Positions 61,301-64,000 of a stretch of DNA of 64,000 bases are shown here, piece by piece. A program made the translations under genes and the position numbers. This stretch comes from Candidatus Latescibacterota bacterium (GTDB lineage: Bacteria; Latescibacterota; UBA2968). The notes below the pieces were generated by a model that did not search any database, was not told the origin of the DNA, and saw only the letters and a program-made list of their open reading frames with translations. Where the stretch lies: NCBI GenBank assembly GCA_965208125.1, contig OZ242320.1, positions 1,696,001-1,760,000 of the forward strand. Reading direction: 5' to 3'. Each line of letters begins with the position of its first letter. Positions within the stretch are counted from its first letter, which is position 1.

Positions 61301-64000
61301 ATGCCACATTTACAATTACGGCGAGCCCTGCGCCTACAAGCGCACTGAAGGTACGGGTGAATGTCACTCAGACCGGCAAGGTCCTCAGCGGCACACCTTC
61401 CTCAACTGTCACTTTCAAAGCCAACCAGACCTCCGCCACACTCACTGTCGCAACAGATGACGATAAGGTAGATGAAGACGCCAGCATGATAACAGCGCAA
61501 GTGGAAACTGGAACAGGCTATACAGTAGGCTCTCCAGCCTCAGCGAGCGTCACCGTTGAGGACAACGACATTCCACAGGTGACAATCACAGCGAATCAGG
61601 CGAGCGTCACCGAAGGCACGGATGCCACATTCACAATCACAGCGAACCCCAGGCCAGCAACCGCACTGACTGTGAACGTGAACGTCATCCAGACTGGCAA
61701 TTTCATCAGCGGCACACCATCCTCAACTGTCACCATCAGCACTACTGGTCAGGCCACACTCACTGTCGCAACGAATGACGATAATGTAAATGAGCCAGAT
61801 GGCGAAGTAACAGCGAAAATACAGACTGGAACAGGCTATACAGTAGGCTCTCCAGCCTTGGCAACTGTCACCGTTGAGGACAACGACATTCCACAGGTGA
61901 CAATCACAGCAAATCGCGCGAGCGTCACTGAAGGCACGGATGCCACATTCACAATCACAGCATCCCCCGCACCGGGAACAGCAATAACCGTGAGTCTGAA
62001 TGTCAGCGAGACGGAAGATGTCATCAGCGGCACACCGCCCTCGACCATCACCATCAACGCCAACGAAACTACAGCCATCCTCCCAGTAGCGACAGAAGAC
62101 GATAATGTAGATGAAGAAGCCAGCGCGATAACCGCAGCACTACAAGCTGGAACAGACTACACAGTGGGCGATCCATCCTCGGCAAGCATCACTGTCAACG
62201 ACAATGACGCTGCTCCCAACTCACCAGCGACAGGTGCCCCAACAATCAGTGGCACACCTCAAGTGGGAGAAACACTAACAGCGGACGTCTCTAACATCCG
62301 GGATGCCAATGGCCTCGAAAATGTAACCTATACCTATCAGTGGATCCGCGTAATCGGCGGTGTGGAAACCGAAATCTCCAATGCCACAGGTGTAACATAC
62401 GAAGTCGCAACAACCGACATTGATTCCCGGATAAAAGTTCGGGTGAACTTCACCGACGATGCGGGCAACGCCGAAGAACTGGAAAGCGAATTGACAGCCA
62501 TCGTCGTTGCACCAGTTGTAATACCAGCCTTAACAATCTCGGCAAGTGCTACAAGCATCACTGAAGGCACGGATGCGACATTCACAATCACAGCGAACCC
62601 CAGACCGGCAACCGCAATAACCGTGAACGTGAACATCACCGAAACTGGCAACACCTTCAGCGGCACACCGGCATCATCAGTCACCATCGGTACCAACGGC
62701 CAGGCTACACTGACAGTCGCAACAGATGACGATAAGGTAGATGAAGACGACAGCGTGGTAACAGCGCAAGTGGAAACTGGAACAGGCTATACAGTAGGCT
62801 CTCCAGCCTCAGCGAGCGTCACCGTTGAGGACAACGACATTCCACAGGTGACAATCACAGCGGATACTTCACCCATCACTGAAGGTGCGCCTGCGACATT
62901 CACAATCACAGCGAACCCCAGACCGGCAGCCGCAATAACCGTGAACATAAGCGTCACCCAGACTGGCGATATTCTCAGCGGCACACCATCCTCAACCGTC
63001 ACCATCAGCACTACTGGTCAGGCCACACTAATAGTAGCAACGGACGACGACGATGTGCGCGAATCCGATGGTACCGCAACGGCGCAGGTAATAGCAGGCA
63101 CGGGCTATACAGTAGGCTCTCCAGCCTCGGCAACCGTCACCGTCAACGACAACGACACACCCCCGAACTCGCCAGCGACAGGTGCCCCGACAATCAGCGG
63201 CAAACCCGAGTTGGGTGAAACACTCACAGCCGATGTCTCTAACATCCGGGATGCCAATGGCCTCACCAACGTGTCATACACCTATCAGTGGATCCGCGTA
63301 ATCGGCAGTATGGAAACCGAGATCTCTGGATCCACGGGTTCGACGCACGAAGTCGTAACAGCCGATAGTGGTTACCGGCTAAAAGTTCGGGTGAACTTCA
63401 CCGACGATGTGGGCTATCCCGAAGAATTGGAAAGCGCGTTGACAGCGATGGTGATCATACCGGGCGTGACGCCGGTAATAACAATCACAGCGGATCCCCC
63501 AGGTGTCACCGAAGGCACGGATGCGACATTCACAATCACAGCAACCCCTGCACCCACAATCACACTCACCGTGAACATAAGCGTGACCGAGACCGCCAAT
63601 ACCATCAGCGGCACGCCACCCTCAACAGTCACCATCAGCGCCGGCCAGACCACCCTGACAGTAGCAACAGACGACGATAAAAAGGACGAACACGCCAGTG
63701 TAGTAACCGCGCAAGTGCAAGCCGGAATGGGCTATACTGTAGGCACTCCAGCCTCAGCCAGAGTACTCGTCCTGGATGACGACCTGCCACCCGCGATAGA
63801 CGCAACCCTGAGCAGCCTGACAATCAACCCCGGCGTAATGATCCCGTCATTCGCCCCGACCACATTGTCCTACACCGCATTAGTGCCCCACGATGCCTCA
63901 TCCGTAACAGTTACAGCAACACCCAATAACCCGGACGCAACCGTAGCCATAAACGGCCAGAACACCACCTCATTGAACATACCATTTACCGGTGACACGA
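58303..64000 (+). CDS. Second giant secreted adhesin (Calx-beta-like, Ig-like and cadherin-like repeats), 3' end outside window
   Basis: Missing from the ORF track because it has no stop. MFSQIEQ...LALPIVASA|QEV signal; repeats VTEGTDATFTITA...TDDDKVDE...GYTVGSP.SA.VTV.DND; ATGAPTISG.P..GETLTA domains; DATLSSLT...FAPTTLSYT cadherin-like domain. Confidence 0.9.
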   Translation, partial: MFSQIEQIFSHIIRTRLTFFMLMLALPIVASAQEVSITSSPTSIMEGKKATFIISVTPAPTRNLTVNIEVSGNTISTSYTSPTRITVGTSGQYTLTVPTRDFTEKPNDENWGNIHVDIKEGEGYTVDEDQDNASVQVIDEDANENPPVTNAPLSVVTLHTDQTRVAIGDEVTLKIKRTTPYDRKHRVDFRVCGHSPDITDWEPMVQMLHPNGGSFHSDTPEERSYSFRVEEEACGHTQGRKIEVYLFDAFYYGGSNVRSGEDAYKVGDPSSVTIPVTVPPNWRPTGSPTISGNLDEGETLTVSHGLSGVTGYQWYRGSNPISGETGNTYTIVSDDSGHRLKVRVTFNNGTCYLESALTGVVGGVMPVGTIVGNPSTIIEGQSKTFRITMNPAPTAPLNAEVRVSQIGDFITGSPGVGTHTVNFSTNQATATITVNTEDNQVDEPNGEISVELLKRTGYEVGDPSIATVTVEDNDGSGGGDQNPQNPQNPQNPQNPQNPQNPQNPQNPQNPQNPQNPQNPSQPPVPGTPQVTISAGTSPVTEGTDATFTITATPAPTTAITVSVNVNEDGNFISGTPSSTVTIDANQTSATLTVATDDDGIDEPNGSVTAQVQTGTGYTAGSPSSASVTVNDNDTSPPAIPQVTISAGTSPVTEGTDATFTITANPTPTTAITVSVNVSETEDVISGTPDVTVTIDANETSATLTVATHDDNTDEASSVITAQVQTGIGYTVGDPSSATVTVNDNDAPEVKAPEPEVTISAETSPITEGTDATFTITASPAPTTAITVSVNVTQTGNFISGTPDATITIDANNTSATLTVATDDDKVDEPNGEITAQVQTGTGYTAGSPSSVSVTVNDNDAPEVKDPQPPEVTISAETSPVTEGTDATFTITASPAPTTAITVSVNVSETEDVISGTPSSTVTFKANQTSATLTVTTHDDNIRENASVITAQIQSGTGYTVGSSSSATVTVNDDDAPGVKAPEPPEVTITANPTTITEGTDATFTITASPAPTSALKVRVNVTQTGKVLSGTPSSTVTFKANQTSATLTVATDDDKVDEDASMITAQVETGTGYTVGSPASASVTVEDNDIPQVTITANQASVTEGTDATFTITANPRPATALTVNVNVIQTGNFISGTPSSTVTISTTGQATLTVATNDDNVNEPDGEVTAKIQTGTGYTVGSPALATVTVEDNDIPQVTITANRASVTEGTDATFTITASPAPGTAITVSLNVSETEDVISGTPPSTITINANETTAILPVATEDDNVDEEASAITAALQAGTDYTVGDPSSASITVNDNDAAPNSPATGAPTISGTPQVGETLTADVSNIRDANGLENVTYTYQWIRVIGGVETEISNATGVTYEVATTDIDSRIKVRVNFTDDAGNAEELESELTAIVVAPVVIPALTISASATSITEGTDATFTITANPRPATAITVNVNITETGNTFSGTPASSVTIGTNGQATLTVATDDDKVDEDDSVVTAQVETGTGYTVGSPASASVTVEDNDIPQVTITADTSPITEGAPATFTITANPRPAAAITVNISVTQTGDILSGTPSSTVTISTTGQATLIVATDDDDVRESDGTATAQVIAGTGYTVGSPASATVTVNDNDTPPNSPATGAPTISGKPELGETLTADVSNIRDANGLTNVSYTYQWIRVIGSMETEISGSTGSTHEVVTADSGYRLKVRVNFTDDVGYPEELESALTAMVIIPGVTPVITITADPPGVTEGTDATFTITATPAPTITLTVNISVTETANTISGTPPSTVTISAGQTTLTVATDDDKKDEHASVVTAQVQAGMGYTVGTPASARVLVLDDDLPPAIDATLSSLTINPGVMIPSFAPTTLSYTALVPHDASSVTVTATPNNPDATVAINGQNTTSLNIPFTGDT
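59743..59859 (+). repeat. (QNP)13 9-bp coding tandem repeat
   Basis: ca[ag]aa[ct]cc[ag] x13, in frame with the adhesin. Confidence 0.95.

Noticed and set aside
58212-63823. Minus-strand ORFs including a (GFC)n Cys-rich peptide
   Set aside because: Antisense of the plus-strand adhesin and its QNP repeat; not a metallothionein or RiPP.

Overview
Bacterial chromosomal window. The gene content (PhyH paralogues, DUF6785-type membrane protein, EF-hand dockerin-like and LRR secreted proteins, giant Calx-beta adhesins) suggests a host-associated diderm such as a Latescibacterota/Gemmatimonadota-type marine symbiont; this is inference. Both ends are giant Ca-binding repeat adhesins cut by the window edge: a >5600-aa Calx-beta autotransporter (<2-16894) and a >1890-aa signal-peptide adhesin absent from the ORF track (58303->64000). 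Between them are catabolic and housekeeping genes (acetamidase, two PhyH, APC permease, TonB receptor, BCCT, amidohydrolase, AKR, rnd, yigZ, msrB). About 23-48 kb is accessory and full of gene fragments. Best leads: (1) a DprA/SLOG-like gene with about 3.6% adenine, no AA dinucleotide and no K/N/I/internal M; (2) a promoter, 592-aa helical protein, 50-aa Gly-rich peptide, structured RNA and beta-CASP nuclease in series, near a HEPN gene; (3) a non-cellulosomal cohesin/dockerin LRR-peptidase cluster behind a poly-G leader and terminator that could be a phase-variable attenuator; (4) a UGA-recoded UGSC selenoprotein in a thioredoxin-like/msrB operon. No rRNA, tRNA or CRISPR array was seen. Family calls come from motif recognition, not database searches.
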